Below, piece after piece: positions 55,357-63,890 of a stretch of DNA of 64,000 bases (the stretch's first letter is position 1; each line of letters opens with the position of its first letter). Position numbers and translations under genes: made by a program. The DNA is from Pseudomonadota bacterium (GTDB taxonomy: Bacteria > Pseudomonadota > Alphaproteobacteria > Rhodobacterales > Rhodobacteraceae). The notes below the pieces were generated by a model. That model was given only the letters and a program-made list of their open reading frames with translations, was not told the origin of the DNA and ran no database searches. The DNA lies in NCBI GenBank assembly GCA_039179985.1, contig JBCDED010000009.1:147-64146 (forward strand), in the 5' to 3' direction.

Positions 55357-56753
55357 CGGCGCCGCGGACGCTCTACCAAAAGATCTGGGACGCCCATGTT
55401 ATCCACACGCGCGAGGATGGCGCCGATTTGCTTTGGGTCGACCGGCATCTTGTGCACGAGGGCTCTCACCACGCATTCGCCCGTCTTGCCGAGCGCGGGC
55501 TCCGCGTCGCCGAGCCTGGCCTGACCACCGGCGTTGCCGACCACTACGTGCCGACGCGCGGCACCCCGGCGTCCGAGGCCATCGGGCGCATGATCGCCAC
55601 ACTGCGCGAAAACTGCGCCCGGCACGGCATCCGGTTTTTTGGGCAACGTGACCCGCGGCAGGGGATAGTGCATGTGGTGGGTCCGGAACAGGGGCTCACC
55701 CTGCCCGGCCTGACCATGGTCTGCGGCGACAGCCACACATCGACCCACGGCGCGCTCGGGGCCATTGCCTTTGGCATCGGCGCGACAGAAGTCGCCCATG
55801 TGCTGGCAACGCAGACGATCTGGCAGAAACCTGCAAGGTCCTTGCGGCTGACCTTTGACGGCGCGCTCGGTCCCGGGATCACGGCCAAGGATATGGCGCT
55901 GCACTGGATTGCCCGGCTCGGCTCCGGCGGTGCGCAGGGGCACGCAGTGGAGTACGCCGGCTCCGCTGTCCGCGCGCTGTCCATGGAAGGACGCCTGACG
56001 CTTTGCAATCTTTCGATAGAAGGGGGCGCGCGCTGCGGCATGGTCGCGCCCGACGACACCACATTCGCTTACCTCGAAGGCCGGTCCTTCGTGCCCGACG
56101 GGCCGCATTGGGAGGCGGCACGAGAGGCCTGGTCGGACCTCCCGAGCGATGCCGATGCGGCCTTTGACCGAGACGTCACGATTGACGCTGCCGAGATCGA
56201 ACCCACGGTGACCTGGGGCACCAGCCCCGAAGATGCCCTGCCCATCGGCGCCACCGTGCCCGACCCCGACCGGGCGGCAACGGACCGGAGGGATCATATT
56301 GCCCGCGCACTGGACTACATGGGCCTCAGTGCAGGCCGCCCCCTGTCCGGCACGCCTATCGATCAGGTCTTCATCGGGTCCTGCACAAACGCCCGGATCG
56401 AGGACCTGCGCGAGGCCGCCTCGGTTCTGGCTGGCAGGGTCGCCAAAGTGCCCGGCTTGGTTTCCCCCGGCTCCGCGCTAGTTAAACAGGTAGCCGAACA
56501 GGAGGGTCTGGACCGCGTTTTCAGGGACGCCGGACTCACTTGGGTGGAGGCGGGATGCTCCATGTGTGTGGGCATGAACGGAGATATCGTGCCCCCGGGC
56601 AAGCGTTGTGCCTCCACCACCAACCGGAATTTCCGCGGCAGACAGGGCCCCGGCGCGCGGACGCACCTGATGTCGCCCGCAATGGTGGCCGCCGCGGCCG
56701 TAACCGGAGAACTCACCGATGTGCGGTTCTTGCTGACGGGGCGCGCAGCGTGA
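55353..56753 (+). CDS. Aconitase-family dehydratase large subunit (LeuC-like)
   Basis: 466-aa ORF with LYQKIWDAHV, VCGDSHTSTHGA and the Fe-S ligand motifs GSCTNARIEDL and GCSMCVGMN. Confidence 0.9.
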   Translation: MTAPRTLYQKIWDAHVIHTREDGADLLWVDRHLVHEGSHHAFARLAERGLRVAEPGLTTGVADHYVPTRGTPASEAIGRMIATLRENCARHGIRFFGQRDPRQGIVHVVGPEQGLTLPGLTMVCGDSHTSTHGALGAIAFGIGATEVAHVLATQTIWQKPARSLRLTFDGALGPGITAKDMALHWIARLGSGGAQGHAVEYAGSAVRALSMEGRLTLCNLSIEGGARCGMVAPDDTTFAYLEGRSFVPDGPHWEAAREAWSDLPSDADAAFDRDVTIDAAEIEPTVTWGTSPEDALPIGATVPDPDRAATDRRDHIARALDYMGLSAGRPLSGTPIDQVFIGSCTNARIEDLREAASVLAGRVAKVPGLVSPGSALVKQVAEQEGLDRVFRDAGLTWVEAGCSMCVGMNGDIVPPGKRCASTTNRNFRGRQGPGARTHLMSPAMVAAAAVTGELTDVRFLLTGRAA

Positions 56754-57364
56754 GCGGTTGGCGCACCCATAGCGGCCCTGCCGTCGGTCTTGACCAGCAT
56801 GGGATCGACACGGATCAACTGATCCCGGCGCGGTTCATGTCGACGCCGAGAACTGAGGGGTACGGGCGCTTTCTGCTGCACGATCAGAGGTTTGAAGAGG
56901 GCCGGCCCATCCCCGGTCATCCGCTGAACACCGCAGATGCCGAGGACGCGCGCTTCCTGATCGCCCGGCGCGACTTTGGCGTCGGCTCCAGCCGCGAGGC
57001 GGCGGTTTATGCGCTCGTCGATTTCGGCATTCGCGCGGTGATCGCACCGTCCTTCGGCGACATCTTTGCGGCAAACGCAGTTAACAACGCCCTGGCCCCC
57101 CTGCGGGTCAGCGAGGCGGCCGCCGAAAGTCTTTTATCGCTGACCGGGACTGGCGCAACCGAACTCCACGTCGATCTGACAGCCACTCACATGAACGCGG
57201 GACAAGAGAAGATTGCCTTCGCGTTGGACGATCACTGGCGCACCAAGATTATCAACGGTTGGGACGACATCGACCTCACGGGAAAGCATCAGGGCGCCAT
57301 CGCCGCTTACCGCGAGGCCGACATGGTGCGTCGCCCATGGGCTGTCGTTGCCCGGGGCGCGTGA
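56750..57364 (+). CDS. Aconitase-family dehydratase small subunit (LeuD-like)
   Basis: ORF track gives 56540..57364. GTG at 56750 overlaps the LeuC-like stop (GTGA). DTDQLIPARF and FGVGSSREAA swivel-domain motifs. Confidence 0.85.
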   Translation: MSGWRTHSGPAVGLDQHGIDTDQLIPARFMSTPRTEGYGRFLLHDQRFEEGRPIPGHPLNTADAEDARFLIARRDFGVGSSREAAVYALVDFGIRAVIAPSFGDIFAANAVNNALAPLRVSEAAAESLLSLTGTGATELHVDLTATHMNAGQEKIAFALDDHWRTKIINGWDDIDLTGKHQGAIAAYREADMVRRPWAVVARGA

Positions 57365-57462
57365 AACCAAAAGCCGCTCGGCGGCAGGGACCGGCGTCAC
57401 CCTCTTTGGCGCCAGAAGCGAGGGGGACGCGACGCGTCGCCGAACTGCAACGGGAGTAAGAC

Positions 57463-58473
57463 ATGAAACACTCGCTTATCGGGGGGCTCTTTGCGGCCTC
57501 GTCGCTGGTGGGCGCGCAAGCGCTGGCCGAAGAAACCATCACGGCAGTCCACGCCTTTCCCACCACGCTGATCTACACGCAGTCCTTCCTTGAGTTCGTC
57601 GACAAGGTGAACGATCGGGGCGAAGGCGTGATCCAGATCGAAGTGCGCGGTGGCCCGGAAGCCATCGGCATGTTCCAACAGCCTGACGCGGTGCGCGACG
57701 GGATTGTCGACATGGTCTACACGCCCGGCTCGTTTTACGGCGGCGCCTTGCCCGAAAAGGATGCTATGGTCGCCTCGAACCTCACAGCCGTCGAAACCCG
57801 GGCAAACGGCGGCCTCGACCTGATCGACCAGATCCACCAGGAAAAGATGGGGCTGAAGTATCTCGGCTGGTTCGACTCGAACGTCACCTACAACCTCTGG
57901 ACGGTGAACGAGCCCGAGTTCGACGCTGACGGAAATCTTGAGGTCGACGGGATCAAACTGCGCGGTAACGCCGTCTACAACGCCTTCTTCACCGACTACC
58001 TCGGCGCGCAGGTGATCGACCTGCCGACAGGCGAGGTCTACGCGGCGCTACAGCGCGGCGTCGTGGACGCAACTGGCTGGACCCAGATCGGCCTTGTGGA
58101 CCTGAAATGGAACGAGTTTCTCAACTACCGGATCGAACCGTCCTTCTTTTCCACCGACCTCGGCGTGATCGTGAACCTAGAAAAGTGGAACAGCCTTTCG
58201 GATGAAGCCCGCGCGATCCTGCAGGAAGTCGCAATCGAGCACGAAGCCGCATCGGCGGCGAAACTCGGCGGCCTTGCAGACGAGCAACTGGCCGCGCTGG
58301 CCGATGCGGGCATGACCACCGTCGAACTGGAAGGCGAAGCGCGGGCAAACTATCTGGCCGCGGCCCGTGAAAAGACATGGGAGCGCATGAAGGGCCTTAT
58401 GGAAGAGCAGCCCGGTGGCACAGGGAACTACGACACCCTGATTGAGCTCTTTTACGACCCGGCAGCCGACTAA
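57463..58473 (+). CDS. dctP: TRAP transporter substrate-binding protein (DctP family)
   Basis: Signal peptide MKHSLIGGLFAASSLVGAQALA. 336-aa DctP-type fold, followed by Q and M subunits. Confidence 0.88.
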   Translation: MKHSLIGGLFAASSLVGAQALAEETITAVHAFPTTLIYTQSFLEFVDKVNDRGEGVIQIEVRGGPEAIGMFQQPDAVRDGIVDMVYTPGSFYGGALPEKDAMVASNLTAVETRANGGLDLIDQIHQEKMGLKYLGWFDSNVTYNLWTVNEPEFDADGNLEVDGIKLRGNAVYNAFFTDYLGAQVIDLPTGEVYAALQRGVVDATGWTQIGLVDLKWNEFLNYRIEPSFFSTDLGVIVNLEKWNSLSDEARAILQEVAIEHEAASAAKLGGLADEQLAALADAGMTTVELEGEARANYLAAAREKTWERMKGLMEEQPGGTGNYDTLIELFYDPAAD

Positions 58474-58531
58474 GACACACGCGAAGGGCAGTGCACCGCT
58501 GCCCTTCGCCCCCAAGCCTCCGGAACCATCC

Positions 58532-59038
58532 ATGCGCTTTGTCATCCGCGCCTATGACGCCCTCGTCTCTTCCATGGCCTTCGTCTCGGCGCTGATGCTG
58601 GTGTGGCTCATGGTGTCGGTCATCGTGTCGGTCGCCATGCGGAACCTGGGCATCCAACCCTTTGCCTGGCTCTTTACATCCTCCGAATACGCCATTCTCT
58701 ACATGACAATGCTGGGCGCGCCCTGGCTTGTCCGAAAGCGCGGGCATGTCCACATCGAACTGGTTACTGCCGCCCTTCCCGAGGACCTGCGCGCCATCGT
58801 CAGCCGGGGCGTTGCGCTGGCCTGCGTTATTGTGTCGGCAATCCTTGCCTGGAAAGGGCTCGACCTCTTTCTTACGAACGTAGAGCGCAACGACTACGAC
58901 GTGCGCGCCTACTTTTTTCCCCGCTGGATCCTGACCATATCCTTCCCGATTTGCTTTTCGATCATGGCCATCGAGTTTGCGCGTTTCGTCTTCGGCCCCG
59001 ACCTGATGCACTCGGGCGAAGCGGGTATCCACGACTGA
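58532..59038 (+). CDS. dctQ: TRAP transporter small permease (DctQ family)
   Basis: ORF track gives 58442..59038. ATG at 58532 (MRFVIRAYDALVSSMAFVSALMLVWLMV). Four TM segments. Confidence 0.85.
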   Translation: MRFVIRAYDALVSSMAFVSALMLVWLMVSVIVSVAMRNLGIQPFAWLFTSSEYAILYMTMLGAPWLVRKRGHVHIELVTAALPEDLRAIVSRGVALACVIVSAILAWKGLDLFLTNVERNDYDVRAYFFPRWILTISFPICFSIMAIEFARFVFGPDLMHSGEAGIHD

Positions 59039-60345
59039 TGGAATGGTTCGAAGCCCTCGCCGTGCTACTCGGCAGCATCGTCGTGCTGATGGCGCTTGGA
59101 ATGCCCGTTGCCCTCGCGTTCCTTGCCGCCAACATCATCGGCGCCTGGATTTTCATGGGCGGCGAACGTGGCATCGTTCAGCTTCTCAACAATGGGCTTG
59201 GCTCACTAACGAAATTCGCCCTCGTCCCGATTCCTCTTTTCCTCCTGATGGGCGAGATCTTCTTTCACACCGGACTTGGCGGGCGCATGTTCAACGCCAT
59301 TGACCGGCTCCTCGGCCGCCTGCCTGGGCGGCTGAGCTACGTGACCGTTCTGGGCGGCACCGGGTTTTCGACACTCTCGGGGTCATCAATGGGATCAACG
59401 GCGCTCCTGGGCAGCCTGATGGTGCCGGAGATGAATGCCCGCGGGTACAAAAAACACATGTCCATCGGCCCGATCCTAGGCACCGGTGGGCTTGCGATCA
59501 TCATCCCGCCCTCGGCTCTGGCGGTGCTTCTGGCAACGCTCGCACAGATCGATGTGGGCGGACTTTTGATCGCAGGCGTGATACCGGGGCTGATCCTTGC
59601 CGCGCTCTATATCGCCACGATCTGGCTGCAGACGAGACTCGACCCACACGCCGCACCGGCGTACGACGTCGAACGCCAGAGCATCGGTGCCAAGCTCTTG
59701 CTTGTCTTGCGCGATGTCGTGCCCATGGTGGGCGTGATGGTCATCATCGTCGCCATGATGATCGGCGGCATCGTTACGCCGTCAGAGGCCGCCGCTTTTG
59801 GCGCGCTCGGCGTCCTGATCCTGGCCGCCGCGTTCCGGTGTCTCACCTGGGAGGCGTTGAAGAAATCTGTCACCGGCGCGCTGCGGGTGACACTGATGGC
59901 CTATCTGATCGTCTTTGGTTCAGCGACCTTCAGCCAGCTTCTGGCCTTCTCCGGCGCCTCTTCGGGGCTGATCAAGTGGGCCACCAGCTTTGACCTTGCG
60001 CCAACGCTGATGCTCTTGGCCATGTTTTGCGTGCTTCTGGTGCTCGGTATGTTCATGGAACAGATCTCCATGATGCTGCTGACGGTGCCGATCTTCTTTC
60101 CGCTGGCCACGAGTCTTGGCTTCGATCCGATCTGGTTCGGGCTGATCATGCTTCTGGCGCTGGAGATCAGCTTTACCACGCCGCCCTTTGGGCTTTTGCT
60201 ATTCGTAATGAAAGGCGTGGCCCCGCCATCGACGACAATGCGCGACATCTATGTTAGCGCGATCCCCTTTATCCTCTGCTCTCTGGTGCTGGTGGCACTA
60301 CTGATCATGTTTCCGCCGCTTGCCACCTGGCTACCGTCGCGCTAG
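59038..60345 (+). CDS. dctM: TRAP transporter large permease (DctM family)
   Basis: ORF track gives 58603..60345. ATG at 59038 overlaps the dctQ stop by 1 nt (MEWFEALAVLLGSIVVLMALGMPVALAF). About 12 TM segments. Confidence 0.9.
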   Translation: MEWFEALAVLLGSIVVLMALGMPVALAFLAANIIGAWIFMGGERGIVQLLNNGLGSLTKFALVPIPLFLLMGEIFFHTGLGGRMFNAIDRLLGRLPGRLSYVTVLGGTGFSTLSGSSMGSTALLGSLMVPEMNARGYKKHMSIGPILGTGGLAIIIPPSALAVLLATLAQIDVGGLLIAGVIPGLILAALYIATIWLQTRLDPHAAPAYDVERQSIGAKLLLVLRDVVPMVGVMVIIVAMMIGGIVTPSEAAAFGALGVLILAAAFRCLTWEALKKSVTGALRVTLMAYLIVFGSATFSQLLAFSGASSGLIKWATSFDLAPTLMLLAMFCVLLVLGMFMEQISMMLLTVPIFFPLATSLGFDPIWFGLIMLLALEISFTTPPFGLLLFVMKGVAPPSTTMRDIYVSAIPFILCSLVLVALLIMFPPLATWLPSR

Positions 60346-61154
60346 GGCGTGCCTTCGTCGGGGTTCGGGTATTCGCAGAAAACACCGCCGTAGAACTTGG
60401 TCACCATGGAGTGGGGATCGGGCTCAGGCGTTGCCGTCTCGACCTGGACGCGGAAGCCTTCAGTAGAATCCTGTGGGACAAAGCCAATGTGCCCCGCCTT
60501 GCTGTCGTCGACGGGCTTCACGCGGTTGTCGGAGATACCGAAGGCAATGGTATGGCCCACGCGCGGCGCGGTCAGCGCTGCCTCAACGTAGCCGCAGCAA
60601 TCGCGGTAGCTGAGCCAGCTCCAAAGAGACCGGCGGTCATGCGGCTCATCGCGCGAGGTGAAGATCCTCAGGCACAGGGTCTCGATCCCCCATTTATCCC
60701 AGTAAAGCCGGCTCAGCGCTTCGACGTAGACTTTCGATACCCCGTATAGAGTATCCGGCCGCGTCGGACTGTCCGCGTCGATATGGCTTTCGAGCGTATG
60801 GAATCCGATGGCATGTACCGAACTGGCGTAAACGATCCGCGGCACGCCGTGGCGGCGCGCGCCTTCGTAGATGTGGTAAGACCCACGGATCGAGCTGTTC
60901 AGAATTTCCTCAAACGGTTTTTCGACCGGCGTGCCGCCGAAATGCACGATGGCATCGACGTCTTTGGTCATCTCCAGAACCGCGTCGAAATCTCCCAGAT
61001 CACAAACGATCGCCTCTTCGTGGGGCTGCACGTTCTCCATCGTTTCGCGATCGTTGATCCGCACATGGTCGGCCAGATGCGCCAGACCCTGCCGAAGCTG
61101 GGTGCCAAGTGCGCCCGCGGCGCCGGTGATGAGAATCCTGTTGAACCGCTCCAT
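60342..61154 (-). CDS. udh: NAD-dependent epimerase/dehydratase family protein, uronate dehydrogenase (Udh)-like
   Basis: ILITGAAGALG, VHFGGTPVEKPFEEIL, PRIVYASSVHAIGF and RPDTLYGVSK parallel Agrobacterium/Pseudomonas Udh as I recall it. Its ATG overlaps the kefC stop by 1 nt. Confidence 0.75.
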   Translation of the reverse strand: MERFNRILITGAAGALGTQLRQGLAHLADHVRINDRETMENVQPHEEAIVCDLGDFDAVLEMTKDVDAIVHFGGTPVEKPFEEILNSSIRGSYHIYEGARRHGVPRIVYASSVHAIGFHTLESHIDADSPTRPDTLYGVSKVYVEALSRLYWDKWGIETLCLRIFTSRDEPHDRRSLWSWLSYRDCCGYVEAALTAPRVGHTIAFGISDNRVKPVDDSKAGHIGFVPQDSTEGFRVQVETATPEPDPHSMVTKFYGGVFCEYPNPDEGTP

Positions 61155-63199
61155 TAGTCCCCCGCTCTTTCTGCCGATGATTGTTCGATCTCGTTATCCT
61201 CGGACTCTGCTTTCACGTCGTCGACTGTCGGAGGCACCCACCCCCGGTCGTGCCGTGTCCAGAAAGACGTGGACTTGCTCTGCATATATTCTGCCTGCTC
61301 GTCCGCCATCTCCTTCACCCGCGCAACATACGGCGCGTTCTGGTGGGCAGGGACGTTCATGTCGAAGAGGCCCGCAAGCTCGGACAGGTTCTTCCGGTCC
61401 TGACGTTCAAAGGACTGGCAGAGTCGCTGCGCATCGTAGGGGTGCATACCAAGGGCTTCGAGCGCCGAGCGCCCGGTGCGCACCGAGCTGTCAAATGTCT
61501 CGCGGATGATATCCCGGCAGCCCGCCGCGTAGAGTTCGTAGACGTCATGCCGCGCCCGGGCGCGGGCAACAATGTAGACGTCGGGGTGCATCTCGGTCAC
61601 GTAGCGAACGATCTCCACCGCCTGTTCGTGGTCGTCGATGGCGATCACCAGAAGCCTGGCGTTCGCGATCCCGGCCGCTTCCAGAAGATCGGGGCGAGAA
61701 GCATCGCCAAAGAACACGCGGAAGCCGAAGGTGCGCAAGATCTCCAGTTGCGCGGAGCTGTGGTCAAGCACGACCGTCTCGTACCCCGCGCCGCGCAGGA
61801 TACGGTTGACGATCCCGCCAACACGGCCATGGCCGGCAATGATGACGGGCGCCTCGTGGTCAATGTCGTCGGCCTCGCGCGATTGCTCTTCGACGAAACG
61901 CGGGGCAACAACCCGGTCGTAGAGGATAAAGAGCAGCGGCGTGAAGAGCATCGAAAGGGCCACCACAAGCAAGAGCTGGTCAGCAATGGCCGTCGGCAGC
62001 ACGTTGTTGGCCACGGTGAAGGACAAAAGCACAAAACCGAATTCGCCCGCCTGTGCAAGGCTGACCGCAAAGAGCCAGCGGTCGCCACCGTTGACCTTAA
62101 AGATCGCCCCAAGCACGTAGAGGATCGCGCCTTTAAGGAGTATCAGTCCAAGGGTCATGCCCAGGATCGGGCCGATCTGGGAACCAAGGAGCCCGAAGTT
62201 GATACCGGCCCCCACAGTCATAAAGAAAAGGCCCAGCAGCAGTCCCTTGAACGGACCGATATCGCTTTCAAGTTCATGCCGGTATTCGGAATTGGCCAGC
62301 ACCACGCCCGCAAGGAACGTGCCGAGCGCGGGTGAAAGCCCGACAAGCGTCATCAGGAGCGCAATCACCACAACACCCGCAAGCGCGGTGGCGGTGAAAA
62401 GCTCGCGCAGTTTCGCGCCCGCCACGTAGCGGAATATCGGCCGCGTCAGCCGGCTACCGCCGATGATGACGAAAGCGATTGCGGCGATGGTCACCAGGGC
62501 CCGCAGCGCAGGCGGCAGACTTTCGACGAAGTTCAGTTCCATCCCGTGGTCGTCGCCGTGGCCCCCGCCGTGCTCACCCCCATGGCTGTTCCCGTGACCA
62601 TCCCCCTGCCCGCCGCCATGGGTCGGATCGGCTGTCGCTTCCGCCTGGCCATGGGCACCAGCGTCGGCGCCGAGATCGGCCAGCTCCGGGATCGCGAGAA
62701 GCGGGATGAAGGCCAGCATAGGGATCACGGCGATATCCTGTGCCAGCAGCACTGAAAATCCGGCCTGCCCGCCATCACTCTTCATCAGGCCCTTTTCGTC
62801 CAAAGTCTGCAGCACGATGGCCGTGGACGACAGCGCCAGCACAAAGCCGATGGCAAGGCCGATCTGCCAGGGCTGGCCAAAGACCATGGCGACCGCCATA
62901 ACCGCCGCCGCCGTGCCGCCAACTTGCAGTCCGCCGAGACCCAATAGCCTGGCTCGCATGGCCCAAAGAACCTTGGGTTCCAATTCCAAACCTACGAGAA
63001 ACAGCATCATCACGACGCCGAATTCCGCGAAATGCTGCAATGCGATGACATCGACGTTCAGCGCAGCGAGAATCGGGCTCAGGAGGATCCCGGCGATCAG
63101 ATAGCCCAGAACCGAGCCAAGCCCGAACCGCGTGGCCAGGGGAACCGCGACGACTCCAGCCACCAGAAAGAGCGAGGCCAGGAGGAGAAACCCATCCAT
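61154..63199 (-). CDS. kefC: Glutathione-regulated K+ efflux system protein (CPA2 antiporter + KTN domain; KefB/KefC type)
   Basis: 681-aa ORF with an Na+/H+ exchanger-type membrane domain and a KTN/TrkA-N domain VIIAGHGRVGGIVNRIL. Preceded by a kefF/G-like gene. Confidence 0.88.
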   Translation of the reverse strand: MDGFLLLASLFLVAGVVAVPLATRFGLGSVLGYLIAGILLSPILAALNVDVIALQHFAEFGVVMMLFLVGLELEPKVLWAMRARLLGLGGLQVGGTAAAVMAVAMVFGQPWQIGLAIGFVLALSSTAIVLQTLDEKGLMKSDGGQAGFSVLLAQDIAVIPMLAFIPLLAIPELADLGADAGAHGQAEATADPTHGGGQGDGHGNSHGGEHGGGHGDDHGMELNFVESLPPALRALVTIAAIAFVIIGGSRLTRPIFRYVAGAKLRELFTATALAGVVVIALLMTLVGLSPALGTFLAGVVLANSEYRHELESDIGPFKGLLLGLFFMTVGAGINFGLLGSQIGPILGMTLGLILLKGAILYVLGAIFKVNGGDRWLFAVSLAQAGEFGFVLLSFTVANNVLPTAIADQLLLVVALSMLFTPLLFILYDRVVAPRFVEEQSREADDIDHEAPVIIAGHGRVGGIVNRILRGAGYETVVLDHSSAQLEILRTFGFRVFFGDASRPDLLEAAGIANARLLVIAIDDHEQAVEIVRYVTEMHPDVYIVARARARHDVYELYAAGCRDIIRETFDSSVRTGRSALEALGMHPYDAQRLCQSFERQDRKNLSELAGLFDMNVPAHQNAPYVARVKEMADEQAEYMQSKSTSFWTRHDRGWVPPTVDDVKAESEDNEIEQSSAERAGD

Positions 63200-63201
63200 G
63201 A

Positions 63202-63801
63202 TCAGGCCCCCTGCACGATTGGCAGGGTGTCGGCGTTGACGAGGTCTTCGTCGCCCGGTTCGTACCGGTCATCGCGTAGCGCTTCGATCAGGCGCACGTA
63301 CCCTGCGATGTGGTGGGTCGCGCTGCCCTCGGCTGGGGCGCGCAGGGACGAAAAGAGCGCGTAGGGCGGCAGGAACGTCATCTTGCACAGCCGCGCGGTC
63401 TGTTCGAGAGGACGGAGGAAAGTTCGCAAGTCGTAGTGCTGGTACCCTTGCGGGGTATAGGCGTCTTCCGGTCCGGCCGCTGTAATCGCCGCCATAACCG
63501 ATTTTCCGGCCAGCTGGGTCCCATCACGTCCATAGGCGAACCCGTGTTCGAGAACCAGGTCCTGCCATTCCTTGATGATCGAGGGGGTGGAGTACCAGAA
63601 GAGCGGGAACTGAAAGAGAATAATGTCATGCTCCGTGAGCCGCGTCTGCTCTTTTCCCACGTCGATATTGAAACGCGGGTACTCACGGTAGAGATCGACG
63701 AACGTGATCCCTTCCACCCGTCGGGCGTGCTCCGCCATGGAGGCGTTCACCTGGCTGAAGCGTTGCCCGGGATGGGCAAAGTAGATCAGGACGCGGGCCA
63801 T
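63202..63801 (-). CDS. kefF: KefF/KefG-type NAD(P)H quinone oxidoreductase-like ancillary subunit
   Basis: ORF track gives 63202..63816. ATG at 63801 (MARVLIYFAHPGQRFSQVN). Also HDIILFQFPLFWYSTPSIIKEWQDLVLEHGFAYG. Confidence 0.85.
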   Translation of the reverse strand: MARVLIYFAHPGQRFSQVNASMAEHARRVEGITFVDLYREYPRFNIDVGKEQTRLTEHDIILFQFPLFWYSTPSIIKEWQDLVLEHGFAYGRDGTQLAGKSVMAAITAAGPEDAYTPQGYQHYDLRTFLRPLEQTARLCKMTFLPPYALFSSLRAPAEGSATHHIAGYVRLIEALRDDRYEPGDEDLVNADTLPIVQGA

Positions 63802-63830
63802 GGTTCCCCCTTGCATGGTGCTGCGGTTGC

Positions 63831-63859
63831 ATCATTGGCGGCGTATCCACGGGATGCAA
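63831..63859 (-). promoter_or_regulatory. Possible sigma-70-type promoter for kefF-kefC (TTGCAT-N17-AATGAT on the minus strand)
   Basis: Read directly 30-58 nt upstream of the kefF ATG. The TTGCAT hexamer recurs at 63811..63816 and 63827..63832 on the plus strand. Confidence 0.25.
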
Positions 63860-63890
63860 GTCCCGTGCGGTTCACGCAAGCGTGGCGCGG

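Noticed and set aside
55353-57364. Calling these genes biosynthetic leuC/leuD
   Set aside because: They are translationally coupled to a GntR repressor and followed by a TRAP importer, with no leuB or leuA nearby. That context is catabolic. It remains possible if the genome has no other leuCD copy.
57429-57440. Perfect 12-bp palindrome GCGACGCGTCGC between the leuD-like gene and dctP. A related GTCGCGAC / GACGCGAC pair occurs near 10128..10150
   Set aside because: Short GC-only palindromes are expected by chance in DNA this GC-rich. As RNA it would form only a 4-bp stem. I have no partner protein or conservation evidence, so it is noted but not claimed as a site.
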